From an uncultured Hyphomicrobiales bacterium (GTDB lineage: Bacteria > Bacteroidota > Ignavibacteria > Kapaibacteriales > UBA2268), in the NCBI GenBank assembly GCA_964610885.1, contig CAZSWR010000001.1, positions 63,260 to 127,259 on the forward strand: a stretch of DNA of 64,000 nt, in the 5' to 3' direction. The notes below the pieces were generated by a model. It made no database searches. It was not told where the DNA came from and saw only the letters and a list, made by a program, of their open reading frames with translations. Both the position numbers and the translations under genes were made by a program. Within the stretch, counting starts at the first letter, position 1. Every line of letters starts with the position of its first letter. Of this stretch, positions 10,901 through 19,856 are shown in pieces.

Positions 10901-13900
10901 GTGGATCTTAATTCCAAAAATATTGACTTCGGAAGGCTGCTTTGCGAGCAAGAGAAAACTCAAACACTAACCATATTCAATTCCGGCACCGAGCCATATC
11001 AATTGGAGCAAGTATTCTTGAAGAATTCAAGGCAAGGACTTAGCTTCAATACATCAGGTCCCGTTATCCAACCGAATTCATACGGTTTCGTTAACGTTTC
11101 GTTCCGCCCGAGCGATTTGAATCGTGTCAACGATATTCTGGTTATCGACGGCGGCGGGTGCAAACCACACTATGAGATTCCAATTTGCGGAGTCAAAGAT
11201 TCTGTTTCGATTTCAGTATCCCAAGTATCGAAGGACACAATCGATTTTGGCAAAATTTGTTTTGGAAGCACTAAGGACACTTCTTTTATAATTAAAAACA
11301 ACTCAAGTTTCTCGGCCCCTCTGAGTTATATTACCTCTACTCAAAGATTCCAATCGCTTTCCGATGCAACGATGGCAGTTCCATTTTCGCCATCGGAATC
11401 TCGTCAGGTCTTCGTACGCTTCAATGCAACGCAAAAGGGGAAATTCGTCGAGCAATCGTTTGTTTCCGACGAGTGTGGGAACGGAAAGACGATTGTGCTC
11501 AAGGGCGAGGTAAACAACCTTAATTCCACCCTTAAACGCGTAATTACGATTTGCCAAGGCGATTCTGCTATGCTATCGGCTTCCGTTACTGGCGGAGCGC
11601 AACCGTACAGGTATCGGTGGAGCCCTTCGCTCAATTTGATTAATGCAAATTATTCTAATGCAATTGCTTATCCACAAAAAAGTACAACTTATTACCTAAC
11701 GACAACCGATTACAACCAGTGCTCGATTATTGATTCCCTCAGAGTTGAGGTCGTCGAACCATTTGTGCCGATTCTATCAGGATCGAAGAATGCCTGTAGT
11801 GGCAATACTGCTACCTACTTTGCCGATAACCCGTTAGGATATGCTGTGGACAACAAGTGGCACGTCGATGACAATGGTGAAATTGTTGCCCTAACGAAGA
11901 ACTCCGTTACTGTGCAATGGAACAAACCGGGCAATAGCTTTGTCGAGCTTGATCAAAATGTCCAAGGGACAAACTGCGTCAATAAGAATCGCTTTTTCGT
12001 AACTGTAGTTGAACCTCCGCAGCTCAATGTCGTGGGCGAAACAACTGTATGCTTGGGAAAAGTTTATAAATATTACACAAGCAATAATGATGTTTCAATG
12101 AAAAAATGGAACGTCTCTGGTGGTAGTATTATCGAAACAAAAGGGGATACTGTAACGATTCAATGGAGGCCCGAAAGTACGCATTTTCTTACCCTTTCGG
12201 GGAACTTCGCCGAAGAATGCCAATCCACAAAAAGAATTGATATCAAAGTGGAAGAAACGCCTGTGTTCAACATAGTCGGTATTCTCGAGGTCGAAGCATA
12301 CACCGATGAAACATATAGCATTTCCGAAAACGGGTTCGTTTATGATTTCGATATTGTCGGCGGCTCATTGACCGATAGAATAGATAATGGCACAATCAGG
12401 GTTCATTGGGAGGCTCCGGGAACGGGTAAGATTATTGTTAATTCTGTCAGCAACTCATATGCCTGCGAAAGTAGCCAAGAGTTCACTGTCGAAATCAAAG
12501 AGAACACAAAACCTATAATTGCCGGCAACGACGCAGCTTGCGCGCTTTCTTCGACAGTCTTTTCGGCGACGTCAAAGAATGGCCTCAGTTACCAATGGAT
12601 ACTGTACAGAAACAAAGGAAGTATTGAGCCGACTACATATCCAAATAGAATCCAAATCAATTGGCTCGAGAGCGGAATCGACACGCTTGAACTGATTCAA
12701 ACAGTGATCGCTACCGGACTCTCCGAAAGCGTGATAAAAGAAATCAAAGTGAATGATCCGGCAACTATTAGCATAGATCGGCCGGACACAGTCTGCCTGA
12801 ATGGATTTCCATTTGCCCTCAACATTGCCCACCCGGACGGAGGAAAATATTCTGGACATTGCGTAGTAAATGGAGAGTTACGGCCGGAATTGGCCGTAGT
12901 TGGAGACAATAAAATTTCATATTCATACAGGAATTCATACGGTTGCTTGTCAGTTGCCGATATTGTGATCACCGTGATCCCGCAAGCAATTACGCCCACG
13001 ATTTCCCAAAAATCAGATACCAAATCAGACTTCCTTGAATCATCTTCGCCCGTCGGTAATCAATGGTACAAAAATGAAACGGTAATCCCAGGGGCCGTGA
13101 ATCAAATATTTGCTCCAACCGAATCAGGTACTTACTCAGTCATGGTTTCCTCAAACGGGAAATGCTCCTCGGAGGAATCGAATAGGATTAACTTTGTATA
13201 TTCCATCGGGCCGCAAATCTCGAGCGACGGCCAGCTTCGTTTCGGTTCATTGGTTTGCGAAGACGATAAACTTGATTCAGTGCTTGTTTACAACACTGGC
13301 TCTTCCGAGTTGATCATCGACGAATGCTCGATTACCGGGCCTTCGCGTAGCGATTTCTATATTGAAAACAATCCTACAGGAGCGGCAATTCCTCCTTCGG
13401 GAATGCTTGCAATCCGTGTTGTGTTCAAACCTCTATCGGTCGGTACGAAAACGGCGCTGCTCGAAATAAAATCAAATGCACGGAATAATTCAATTATGGC
13501 CGTGAACCTTAAGGGCGAAAAGGAAAAGGTGGACTTCGCGATCGATCCGGAATATGCTAATTTTATCAAGATCCCTGAAGGAGACATCGCATATAGAAAT
13601 ATTACGATAAGGAATACAGGGACTTTGCCGATCCTGTGGGGGCAACCTGTTGTTTCTTCGCATTTTTCGATTGACCAGTTTAACCCGGCAATCACTCCGC
13701 CGGGAGGTTCTTCCACGGCCCGTGTCGTGTTCGTTGCCATGCGTTCTGGCGACGTTTTGTACGATACAATTCGACTAAAAGATCCTACTTGTTCGATTGA
13801 AAGGCTTCTCCGACTCTACGCCACCGTTACAGACAAAGCCGCTCATGCCGATTTAGTTATTGGCGATGCTCGCGCTAACGTGGGCGACACTGTTAGAATT

Positions 13901-14512
13901 CCAGTTTATTACGCAAACACCAAATATATGGAACTGTCGAAAGCAAAATCGATAAGAACTGAGATTCGGTTCCATAAGGATATACTCTTCCCAATTGGTT
14001 GCGATGGCTCAATTTTCCCCAATAACATAAAGATAATTAAACGTACATTCGACCTGAGCCAGGCAACTAACGACACAATCGGATACCTTAACTTTGCTGT
14101 CCCCTTAGGCCCGGATTCCGTTACAAATGTTGAATTCTATGGCGAGTTAGACATCGAGGGCGAAGGATTGGTGCTCAATCCCATTCCAGGCCGATTCTAT
14201 CTAAATAATTTCTGCCGAGAGGGCGGATACCGTTTCTTCGACCCGAACTTCCGCAGGCAATTCAACGATCCGAAACCGAATCCATCCTCGGGTGTGGTTA
14301 CTTTCGATATGAACCTGATCGAAGAAGGCGTAACAAAGATTAGAATTCTGGATATTAAAGCCTCCGAGGTGATGACCGCCTACGAATACTACACGAAACC
14401 GGGCACTTACTCGATCACTTGCAACCTCGAAGATCTTCCCACAGGCGTTTATATTTGCTTGATACAAACGCCCAACCATACAGAAATGAAGCAACTTTAT
14501 ATCATTAAATAA
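7985..14512 (+). CDS. Giant secreted multidomain protein carrying a T9SS C-terminal sorting domain (probable adhesin/cargo)
   Basis: 2175 aa with a signal peptide. Beta-propeller SBBP-like repeats (YLGG..DFP.T.GA), a LamG/concanavalin-like domain (WYHAVAVADYYEKTIKLFVNGQE...FDGRIDQVRFYSRPF), several choice-of-anchor-D/ASH-like Ig domains (IDFG.L.C..........N.G), SprB-like repeats (C.GDSA.LSASV.GG..PY.Y.WSP), and a C-terminal Por_Secre_tail (PNPSSGVVTFD...LPTGVYICLIQT...KQLYIIK). Confidence 0.85.
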   Translation: MKYLFSILVAIFISATALNAEGRFCSKENGYFVENLGQWAEPVRFRAQAPGMVAWITDTALVFNFFTFDNSRLQNYFQIDSAIKQLPIVNGQAVSMSWQRTGCDPLSNQQDKKYYERIGEYDSYFNYFNEKATYSHAKAYQEIILHNAYEGISIRFYFDGKSLRYDFLLEKNADPKQIALNFSGHESLEVLPDGSLAIGTSIGQVHFQQLSAYQIDTLSNNSLASKIGIQQQNSNILSYCRFRMSGSSSVSFAVPDYSTNRPLVIDPVVWASYLGGTATETGSYFEPVSVATDSIGCLYVSGTTFSLDFPRTTGAYSIIGDTMVGMYITKINTDGNSIIYSSLIASGAPRPFSIALDNRRFVYATGFATLANMPVSGNALQSSVSNINAERSSAFLFVLNSNGDNFVYSTYLNGNDDDVGYSVTIRNPMVCVGGKTCSNDFMTTSNSYQPTKISSDPDGFIIGINTSTWQLEFSTYLGGSYPDFIYDITTDNDGNIYTCGYSYGSFPVTSNAIFRNKLCNEFPSVVISKLNSHASYLYASSYFAPESHCAANSIRVDTAGHVWICGKADMRNYTPFPTTADCYYPFFLGDMDCFAAKFNSSLTSLEYSTLFGGTGFESARRIAIDKQNNVYFVGATQSFDFPTLPINQNALLPMQNGFVAVCNSDTKRFCYIDCYGGSNYDLISDVTALNENYFYIAGETYSSDMNMKPGALDATMNGLNDAFMAKMSIFGNADIVSNLVSYWNFDSYPFVCQGLIPLVFNGNSSVRQPAGRVNCAIENSGNVITGEGLSNLYSPSGFTWSIWFNSNSIPQLTTTGRAQTLISMNDPSIGEEIALGFGFAYGNAPQNALAFICDGTGGASGITQQAAVWNPEGGLKKNTWYHAVAVADYYEKTIKLFVNGQEVSRVHGSFTPIDRQLNAFVGSACEYTNGYATPQSAFFDGRIDQVRFYSRPFNKNDVDSLYKFESKNTFSNVDLNSKNIDFGRLLCEQEKTQTLTIFNSGTEPYQLEQVFLKNSRQGLSFNTSGPVIQPNSYGFVNVSFRPSDLNRVNDILVIDGGGCKPHYEIPICGVKDSVSISVSQVSKDTIDFGKICFGSTKDTSFIIKNNSSFSAPLSYITSTQRFQSLSDATMAVPFSPSESRQVFVRFNATQKGKFVEQSFVSDECGNGKTIVLKGEVNNLNSTLKRVITICQGDSAMLSASVTGGAQPYRYRWSPSLNLINANYSNAIAYPQKSTTYYLTTTDYNQCSIIDSLRVEVVEPFVPILSGSKNACSGNTATYFADNPLGYAVDNKWHVDDNGEIVALTKNSVTVQWNKPGNSFVELDQNVQGTNCVNKNRFFVTVVEPPQLNVVGETTVCLGKVYKYYTSNNDVSMKKWNVSGGSIIETKGDTVTIQWRPESTHFLTLSGNFAEECQSTKRIDIKVEETPVFNIVGILEVEAYTDETYSISENGFVYDFDIVGGSLTDRIDNGTIRVHWEAPGTGKIIVNSVSNSYACESSQEFTVEIKENTKPIIAGNDAACALSSTVFSATSKNGLSYQWILYRNKGSIEPTTYPNRIQINWLESGIDTLELIQTVIATGLSESVIKEIKVNDPATISIDRPDTVCLNGFPFALNIAHPDGGKYSGHCVVNGELRPELAVVGDNKISYSYRNSYGCLSVADIVITVIPQAITPTISQKSDTKSDFLESSSPVGNQWYKNETVIPGAVNQIFAPTESGTYSVMVSSNGKCSSEESNRINFVYSIGPQISSDGQLRFGSLVCEDDKLDSVLVYNTGSSELIIDECSITGPSRSDFYIENNPTGAAIPPSGMLAIRVVFKPLSVGTKTALLEIKSNARNNSIMAVNLKGEKEKVDFAIDPEYANFIKIPEGDIAYRNITIRNTGTLPILWGQPVVSSHFSIDQFNPAITPPGGSSTARVVFVAMRSGDVLYDTIRLKDPTCSIERLLRLYATVTDKAAHADLVIGDARANVGDTVRIPVYYANTKYMELSKAKSIRTEIRFHKDILFPIGCDGSIFPNNIKIIKRTFDLSQATNDTIGYLNFAVPLGPDSVTNVEFYGELDIEGEGLVLNPIPGRFYLNNFCREGGYRFFDPNFRRQFNDPKPNPSSGVVTFDMNLIEEGVTKIRILDIKASEVMTAYEYYTKPGTYSITCNLEDLPTGVYICLIQTPNHTEMKQLYIIK

Positions 14513-14691
14513 CTTACTTTCGAGAATCCGAATTTTGCGGGCAGTCGCACTGTTCTTTGTTTTGTATTGCCCGGAATTTGTAAAATATTTAACAGCTGTG
14601 CAAGCATTTATCAAGGAAATTTCTAACTAAATGCTTAAATTTGCCTTGCTGAGCTTGGATCTTGTTTTATTGAAATCAAACAAAAACTAAC

Positions 14692-16050
14692 ATGAAAAAA
14701 ATCATCATTCTATTCCTCGCGTTTTCATTCATTGCTGCCGGTAGGCCCGTCGGCGATAAAACCGGATTCTACGATTTTGGAGCGAAAATGAACGTGGACA
14801 ATGTCGTTATTTCCGATCTTTCAGCCGATTCGTCGTCGATGATTTTTGTATATAAGATTCCGTTTTCGGCTCTCGCTTTCCGAAAGTACTCAGAGCTTGA
14901 CGACAGCAAGTTGGTTGCATATCCCAAGATTACTATCGAGGTTCGCGACTCGAATAATATCATCAGGCGAAGCGCCGAAATTAACGATACTATCTTTGCC
15001 AACCACGATGATACCAAGAATCGCGACAGCGCTTACGTCGGCGTATTCAATACCAGATTGAAATCAGGCATTTACAAAGCAGCTTTCCGGCTCGAAACCC
15101 AAAACAACACGCTAATTCAGAAAGTAGATTTTCCCCAACTGACTTTGGAAAACCTGAACAATACCGCTTCATACGGCAGGCCAATTATGGCATACATAGA
15201 CGAGAGCGAAACAAAACAGTACCAGATGTATAACCTAAGCGGTGCGGTCGGCTTCAATTCAATGAGGTCATTTATCTTGGTTCCGTGTTCGTTCGCGGAG
15301 AATCAATCATTTTTCAAGTATGAAATAAAGCCATCGAAGAGCATTGACCCCGAACGCGAACTCGTCTGGCAACCGCAATTTTCGGCAAAAGGCGAAATTG
15401 AAGCAAATTCAAACGAACAATTCTCCTTGGCCCAAGATAAAAGTGCCAAAAGATGGATGATCAATATCGAAAAGGCGCCCAAAAGCTCGACGAAACTCGT
15501 AAGGGGATTGATTCACTTGGAGCTACCCTTCGACCAGATCGTGCCCGGCGAATACACTTTGACGCTAAGAAATGTATCGACAAAAGATTCCATCGAGCTG
15601 AAGTTTCGCATCGAATGGGAAAATATGCCATTTGCTCTGCGGAAGCCCGAATACGCCGCCGATATGCTGTATTACATACTTAAAGACGACAAATATGACG
15701 AAATAAAATCCGGCTCAAAAAATGAAATATTTAATAAAATCGTGAAATACTGGCGCGAAGCCGACCCGACGCCCGGAACAAATTTCAACGAAGCCATGAA
15801 CGCATATTTCCAAAGGGTTGATTTTGCTTCGATGAACTACAACACATTTTCGGAAACGGACGGCGCCAAAACCGATAGGGGAAAGGTGTATATCCTCTAC
15901 GGCACACCGTCCAAAGTGTCCCAAACCACAGACGGACAAAAGAAATACGAAATCTGGGAGTACCGAAATCTGAACCGCAAAATTACTTTTGAATTGCTTT
16001 CCAATGCGATTTACAAAATCATCAAAGACGAGGCCCTGAGCGCAAAATGA
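14692..16050 (+). CDS. GWxTD-domain secreted protein
   Basis: Signal peptide, then a C-terminal ...TDGAKTDRGKVYILYGTPSKV...KKYEIWEY segment matching the GWxTD domain signature, with the W replaced by A. Stop codon overlaps the next gene's start (ATGA). Confidence 0.55.
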   Translation: MKKIIILFLAFSFIAAGRPVGDKTGFYDFGAKMNVDNVVISDLSADSSSMIFVYKIPFSALAFRKYSELDDSKLVAYPKITIEVRDSNNIIRRSAEINDTIFANHDDTKNRDSAYVGVFNTRLKSGIYKAAFRLETQNNTLIQKVDFPQLTLENLNNTASYGRPIMAYIDESETKQYQMYNLSGAVGFNSMRSFILVPCSFAENQSFFKYEIKPSKSIDPERELVWQPQFSAKGEIEANSNEQFSLAQDKSAKRWMINIEKAPKSSTKLVRGLIHLELPFDQIVPGEYTLTLRNVSTKDSIELKFRIEWENMPFALRKPEYAADMLYYILKDDKYDEIKSGSKNEIFNKIVKYWREADPTPGTNFNEAMNAYFQRVDFASMNYNTFSETDGAKTDRGKVYILYGTPSKVSQTTDGQKKYEIWEYRNLNRKITFELLSNAIYKIIKDEALSAK

Positions 16051-17165
16051 TTATCCATGGCAAACACTACAGAACCATTTTCGAGACTGATTATTCTTCG
16101 GATAGTTCGTCCGGGGCAATAATGATCATCGACCAGAGGAGGTTGCCGTTTGAATTTGTATTGCAAGAACTAAATACAGCCGAAGATTGTGCCAATGCAA
16201 TCCGCGATATGGCAGTCCGCGGCGCTCCGCTGATCGGAATCACTGCCGCGTATGGAATGTATCTGGCCGCCAAGAGTAACGAAGGCATTTCCTTCGGCGA
16301 TTTGGAACGAGTTGCCGACATATTGCTCAAAACTCGGCCCACAGCCGTCAACCTTGCTTTTGCATTGCGAAGCCAACTCGAAACTGCCAAGCTTTGCGCC
16401 GGTTCCAAATCGATAAACTCAGCTCTGCTCGCAAATGCCCGCGCGCTGGCCGATGACGACGTCAGGATGTGTACGGCAATTGGCGAGCACGGAATAAAGG
16501 TTATTGAAGATATTTCAAAAGCAAAGAATGGCCGAACTGTTAATATCCTGACGCATTGCAATGCCGGATGGCTGGCCACGGTGGACAGAGGCACTGCACT
16601 CGCCCCGATTTATGCAGCCCACGAATCCGGAATCGGCATTCACGTTTGGGTGGACGAGACCCGACCCCGGAACCAAGGGGCGCGCCTCACAGCATTTGAA
16701 CTGATGGAGAATGGAATTCCTTGCACTCTGATTGTGGACAATGCGGGCGGGCACTTGATGCAGCACGGCCAAGTCGATTTGTGCATCGTCGGCAGCGACC
16801 GCACAGCGAGGGCAGGCGACTGCGCGAACAAAATCGGTACTTACCTGAAAGCACTCGCAGCATTCGACAATGGAATACCTTTCTATACTGCGCTGCCATC
16901 GTCCTCGATCGATTGGGCAATATCGGACGGCGTAAAAGAAATCGAAATCGAAGAACGCTCCTCCGCCGAAGTGCTGACCATCGAAGGAATTGCTAAAGAT
17001 GGCACTGCTCAATCATTGTATTGCGCGCTTCCCGAAACCGCTGTCTCGAACTATGGTTTCGACGTAACTCCGGCACGGCTAATTTCGGGAATCATCACGG
17101 AGCGTGGAATTGCCAAAGCCACCGAAGAATCACTTTTAGAACTATTCCCCGGAAACATAAAATGA
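16047..17165 (+). CDS. mtnA: S-methyl-5-thioribose-1-phosphate isomerase (eIF-2B alpha/beta/delta family)
   Basis: 372 aa; VRGAPLIGITAAYGMYLAA and ...LTHCNAGWLATVDRGTALAPIY... are typical of MtnA. Confidence 0.85.
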   Translation: MIIHGKHYRTIFETDYSSDSSSGAIMIIDQRRLPFEFVLQELNTAEDCANAIRDMAVRGAPLIGITAAYGMYLAAKSNEGISFGDLERVADILLKTRPTAVNLAFALRSQLETAKLCAGSKSINSALLANARALADDDVRMCTAIGEHGIKVIEDISKAKNGRTVNILTHCNAGWLATVDRGTALAPIYAAHESGIGIHVWVDETRPRNQGARLTAFELMENGIPCTLIVDNAGGHLMQHGQVDLCIVGSDRTARAGDCANKIGTYLKALAAFDNGIPFYTALPSSSIDWAISDGVKEIEIEERSSAEVLTIEGIAKDGTAQSLYCALPETAVSNYGFDVTPARLISGIITERGIAKATEESLLELFPGNIK

Positions 17166-18070
17166 AAATATTTCAGATAATACTATTGACAATAATCGCG
17201 GTAGTCTCAATATCTTGCGGTAAAAAAACAACAACTGATAAAACTGAAAATGTGTATTACGTAGCGACGACTCATGCGCTCGGAGCGATTTTGAATGAAA
17301 TGTGCCAAGGAATAGGGGAGTGCCGAGTTATCTTGCAACCGGGAGCATCGCCGCACACATATTCGCCAGTCCCGTCCGATATTGCAGCCTCATCGAAAGC
17401 CAAAGCTGTGTTCTACGCAGACGAAAATGCCGACGGTTGGGCCAAAAATCTCAATAACAAAGTGGTAATTCGATTGCTCGGCATGGTTCCCGATTCGCTT
17501 ATTTTGCACTTCGAGCATGTATGCGAGCATTCCGAAGGCCACGATGAGCACGATCACGAAATGGAGGGCATCGACCCGCATTTCTGGACTGATCCGTTTA
17601 CGGTGAAGCAAATCATTCCCAAACTCGCCGATACACTGTGTTCGCTGGACCCGCTAAATGCCGAGAAGTACAAGGCAAACGCATCAGCTTTCTCGAAGAA
17701 ACTCGATGCACTCTGCCAACGATTGAATCAGGAGCTGGCCCCATACAAGGGCAGGTCGGTATTTCTGTTCCATCCTTCGTTTCTTTATCTGCTGCGCTCC
17801 TCAGGGCTGACATTCGGAGGAGCCATTGAGCTTGCGCCCGGCAAAGAGCCATCTCCGAAATATATTTCCGAACTCTCGAAATTGATCCGCCAGGCAGGAT
17901 GCCGGGCAATATACTCCGAGCCGCAATTGCCCGAGGCGCCAGCGAAAACAGTTGCAGAGGGCTGCAATTCGGAATTGCTTATGCTCGACCCAATCGGCGG
18001 AGCGGATGGCAGGAAAACCTACGAAGAAATTGTCCTTTTCAACCTCAGCCAACTCCTCAAAGGGTTCTGA
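17162..18070 (+). CDS. Metal (zinc-type) ABC transporter substrate-binding lipoprotein, ZnuA/TroA family
   Basis: Start taken at the internal MKIFQIILLTIIAVVSISCGKK (lipoprotein signal; ATGA overlap with the mtnA stop) rather than the ORF-track start at 17021. His-rich loop HVCEHSEGHDEHDHEMEGIDPHFWTDP. No permease or ATPase gene adjacent. Confidence 0.8.
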   Translation: MKIFQIILLTIIAVVSISCGKKTTTDKTENVYYVATTHALGAILNEMCQGIGECRVILQPGASPHTYSPVPSDIAASSKAKAVFYADENADGWAKNLNNKVVIRLLGMVPDSLILHFEHVCEHSEGHDEHDHEMEGIDPHFWTDPFTVKQIIPKLADTLCSLDPLNAEKYKANASAFSKKLDALCQRLNQELAPYKGRSVFLFHPSFLYLLRSSGLTFGGAIELAPGKEPSPKYISELSKLIRQAGCRAIYSEPQLPEAPAKTVAEGCNSELLMLDPIGGADGRKTYEEIVLFNLSQLLKGF

Positions 18071-18153
18071 GATGGGGAAGAGGGGCATACTTCACTCCTG
18101 AAATAGTATCTGATTGAGTTTTCTGATAATGGCCATGCAAGAAATAGCCCACA

Positions 18154-18801
18154 ATGGATGCAAAAGAACTAAAAGAATTGATTTCGAAGGGAGAATCTTC
18201 TTCGTTAGAATTCAAACGGAAGATATCGACACCACACAAATTTGCTAAAGAGATTTCTGCTTTCGCGAATTCTAACGGCGGAGTGATACTTATTGGCGTG
18301 GACGATGACGGCACAATTGTCGGTGTGGAAAGCGAGAAATCCACGATCGAAGAGATTGAGCACATTTCTGAATTCTACGTGTTCCCGCCGGCCACAATCG
18401 AGATCGAAATGGTACATTTGCGCCGTAAGGAAGTGATAATGGTAATCGTCCCGAAAAGCGCACTGCGACCGCACAAAGTGGAAACAGAAGACGAGCAGGG
18501 CAGACCCAAGAAAATTGCATATTTGCGAACCGGCGCCAAGGCAATTCCTGCGAGCCGCGAGATGACCCGCGTTTTAGCTTCGCAATCGCCCAACGCAGAA
18601 CCGCTACGGCTCAGCATCGGTGAACATGAAAAACGATTCTTTTTGTATCTGGAGAAATACGAACGCGCCACAGTCAAAGACTTTGCTCGCTTGGTGAATA
18701 TCTCGAACCGCCGAGCCGAGCGCCTACTTGTCCGTTTGGTTCGCGCGGGAGTGCTCCAAATCCATGCAGATTCCGGTTCGGACTATTTCACGCTGGTATG
18801 A
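18154..18801 (+). CDS. Schlafen-like AlbA_2 domain protein with C-terminal winged HTH (COG2865-type putative regulator)
   Basis: ELISKGESSSLEFKRK...AFANSNGGVILIGVDDDGTIVGVE is the AlbA_2 core; the C-terminal VKDFARLVNISNRRAERLLVRLVRAGVL looks like a wHTH. Confidence 0.7.
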   Translation: MDAKELKELISKGESSSLEFKRKISTPHKFAKEISAFANSNGGVILIGVDDDGTIVGVESEKSTIEEIEHISEFYVFPPATIEIEMVHLRRKEVIMVIVPKSALRPHKVETEDEQGRPKKIAYLRTGAKAIPASREMTRVLASQSPNAEPLRLSIGEHEKRFFLYLEKYERATVKDFARLVNISNRRAERLLVRLVRAGVLQIHADSGSDYFTLV

Positions 18802-18813
18802 AAGAAAAGTGAG

Positions 18814-19023
18814 GTGAAAACAACTTTGAAAAACGATGATATTGATTATTTCATCGAAAAACTTGGCAAATTCAAGGAAACTTTTCGTACATTTTCCGGG
18901 AAGAAGGTTTTCGGAGCCGTCGCATTTCTGAAAGCTCAATCAAACGTTCGTGCCTATGCAGAAAAGAAAGGCCTACTCGTGATCAAAGCAACCGGCTCGG
19001 GCGTGATACTGAAGCTCAGATAA
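18814..19023 (+). CDS. Small hypothetical protein (69 aa), possible GTG start, 13 bp downstream of the AlbA_2 gene
   Basis: Reading frame only; no recognisable motif. Start codon appears to be GTG preceded by AAAGTGAGG. Confidence 0.3.
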   Translation: MKTTLKNDDIDYFIEKLGKFKETFRTFSGKKVFGAVAFLKAQSNVRAYAEKKGLLVIKATGSGVILKLR

Positions 19024-19027
19024 GCAA

Positions 19028-19729
19028 TCAATGTCCGTGATCTTCCGATTCTAAGATTTCTACTTTCCCGCTCGAGATATTGTATATACCACCCATGATT
19101 TTCAGCTTGCCCGAATCGACAAGTTCCTCAATTATCTTGCTTTTCATCACGTTTCTGATCTGTAGCTGAACGTTTTCGATTGCGGCCGATTCGATCAGTT
19201 CGTCGCCGGATTTGTGATTGTGTTTGGCCTCCGCGACCGCCGGTTCGATGTTTGATATTATGGAATTAATATACGGAGATTCAGTCCTGCCAGAGCAAGC
19301 AGCCGTTACTGCACCGCATTTGGTGTGGCCCAGCACGAGCAAAACCGACGAATGCAAGTGCTCTGCGGCGTACTCGATGCTCCCCAAAGCCACTGAATCA
19401 ATCACGTTCCCGGCATTCCTAACGACAAACAATTCGCCAAGGGTTTTCGTGAATAAAATTTCGGGGGCCACGCGGGAATCCGAGCAAGTCAATACAATCG
19501 TACGCGGATGTTGGCCTTTGGTGAGTTCTTTCCTTAGCGCTTGGTATTCCTTATTTCCAATGAATATCCGGTTTCCGTCCTCCAAAGACGAGGGCGCCAA
19601 ATCCCTTGCGCTCTGCTTGATTATCGGTACCTTGATTCTATCCTGTTTCGTGTCGGAGTTGCTTTGGGCCATTGCCACAGTCTGCAAAGCAGTGCAAATA
19701 AGTGTCAGGATCAGGATTCTATATTTCAT
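19028..19729 (-). CDS. Beta-class carbonic anhydrase, secreted
   Basis: Signal peptide; CSDSRV...VRNAGN...GHTKCGAV zinc-ligand motifs of beta-CA. Confidence 0.85.
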   Translation of the reverse strand: MKYRILILTLICTALQTVAMAQSNSDTKQDRIKVPIIKQSARDLAPSSLEDGNRIFIGNKEYQALRKELTKGQHPRTIVLTCSDSRVAPEILFTKTLGELFVVRNAGNVIDSVALGSIEYAAEHLHSSVLLVLGHTKCGAVTAACSGRTESPYINSIISNIEPAVAEAKHNHKSGDELIESAAIENVQLQIRNVMKSKIIEELVDSGKLKIMGGIYNISSGKVEILESEDHGH

Positions 19730-19856
19730 TTCATACCTCCATTATCAATGTCAACATTTTAACAGAAGTATTCAACGTTGGATTATTGTAGTGGCAACTG
19801 CCAATTTCCTTGTTTGACAATGGAATCCTTAGGGCTAATAATCAAAGCATAAAGAA

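Noticed and set aside
14530-14570. GCGGGCAGTCGCAC segment after the giant gene as a third copy of the 36-nt repeat
   Set aside because: It shares only the 9-nt GGCAGTCGC core, and the flanks do not match. It is probably just a weak terminator for the giant gene.
17021-17161. Upstream extension of the ZnuA-like ORF (start at 17021)
   Set aside because: The extension overlaps the mtnA 3' end in another frame and lacks a signal peptide. The internal MKIFQIILL... start gives a canonical lipoprotein signal and an ATGA overlap with the mtnA stop.
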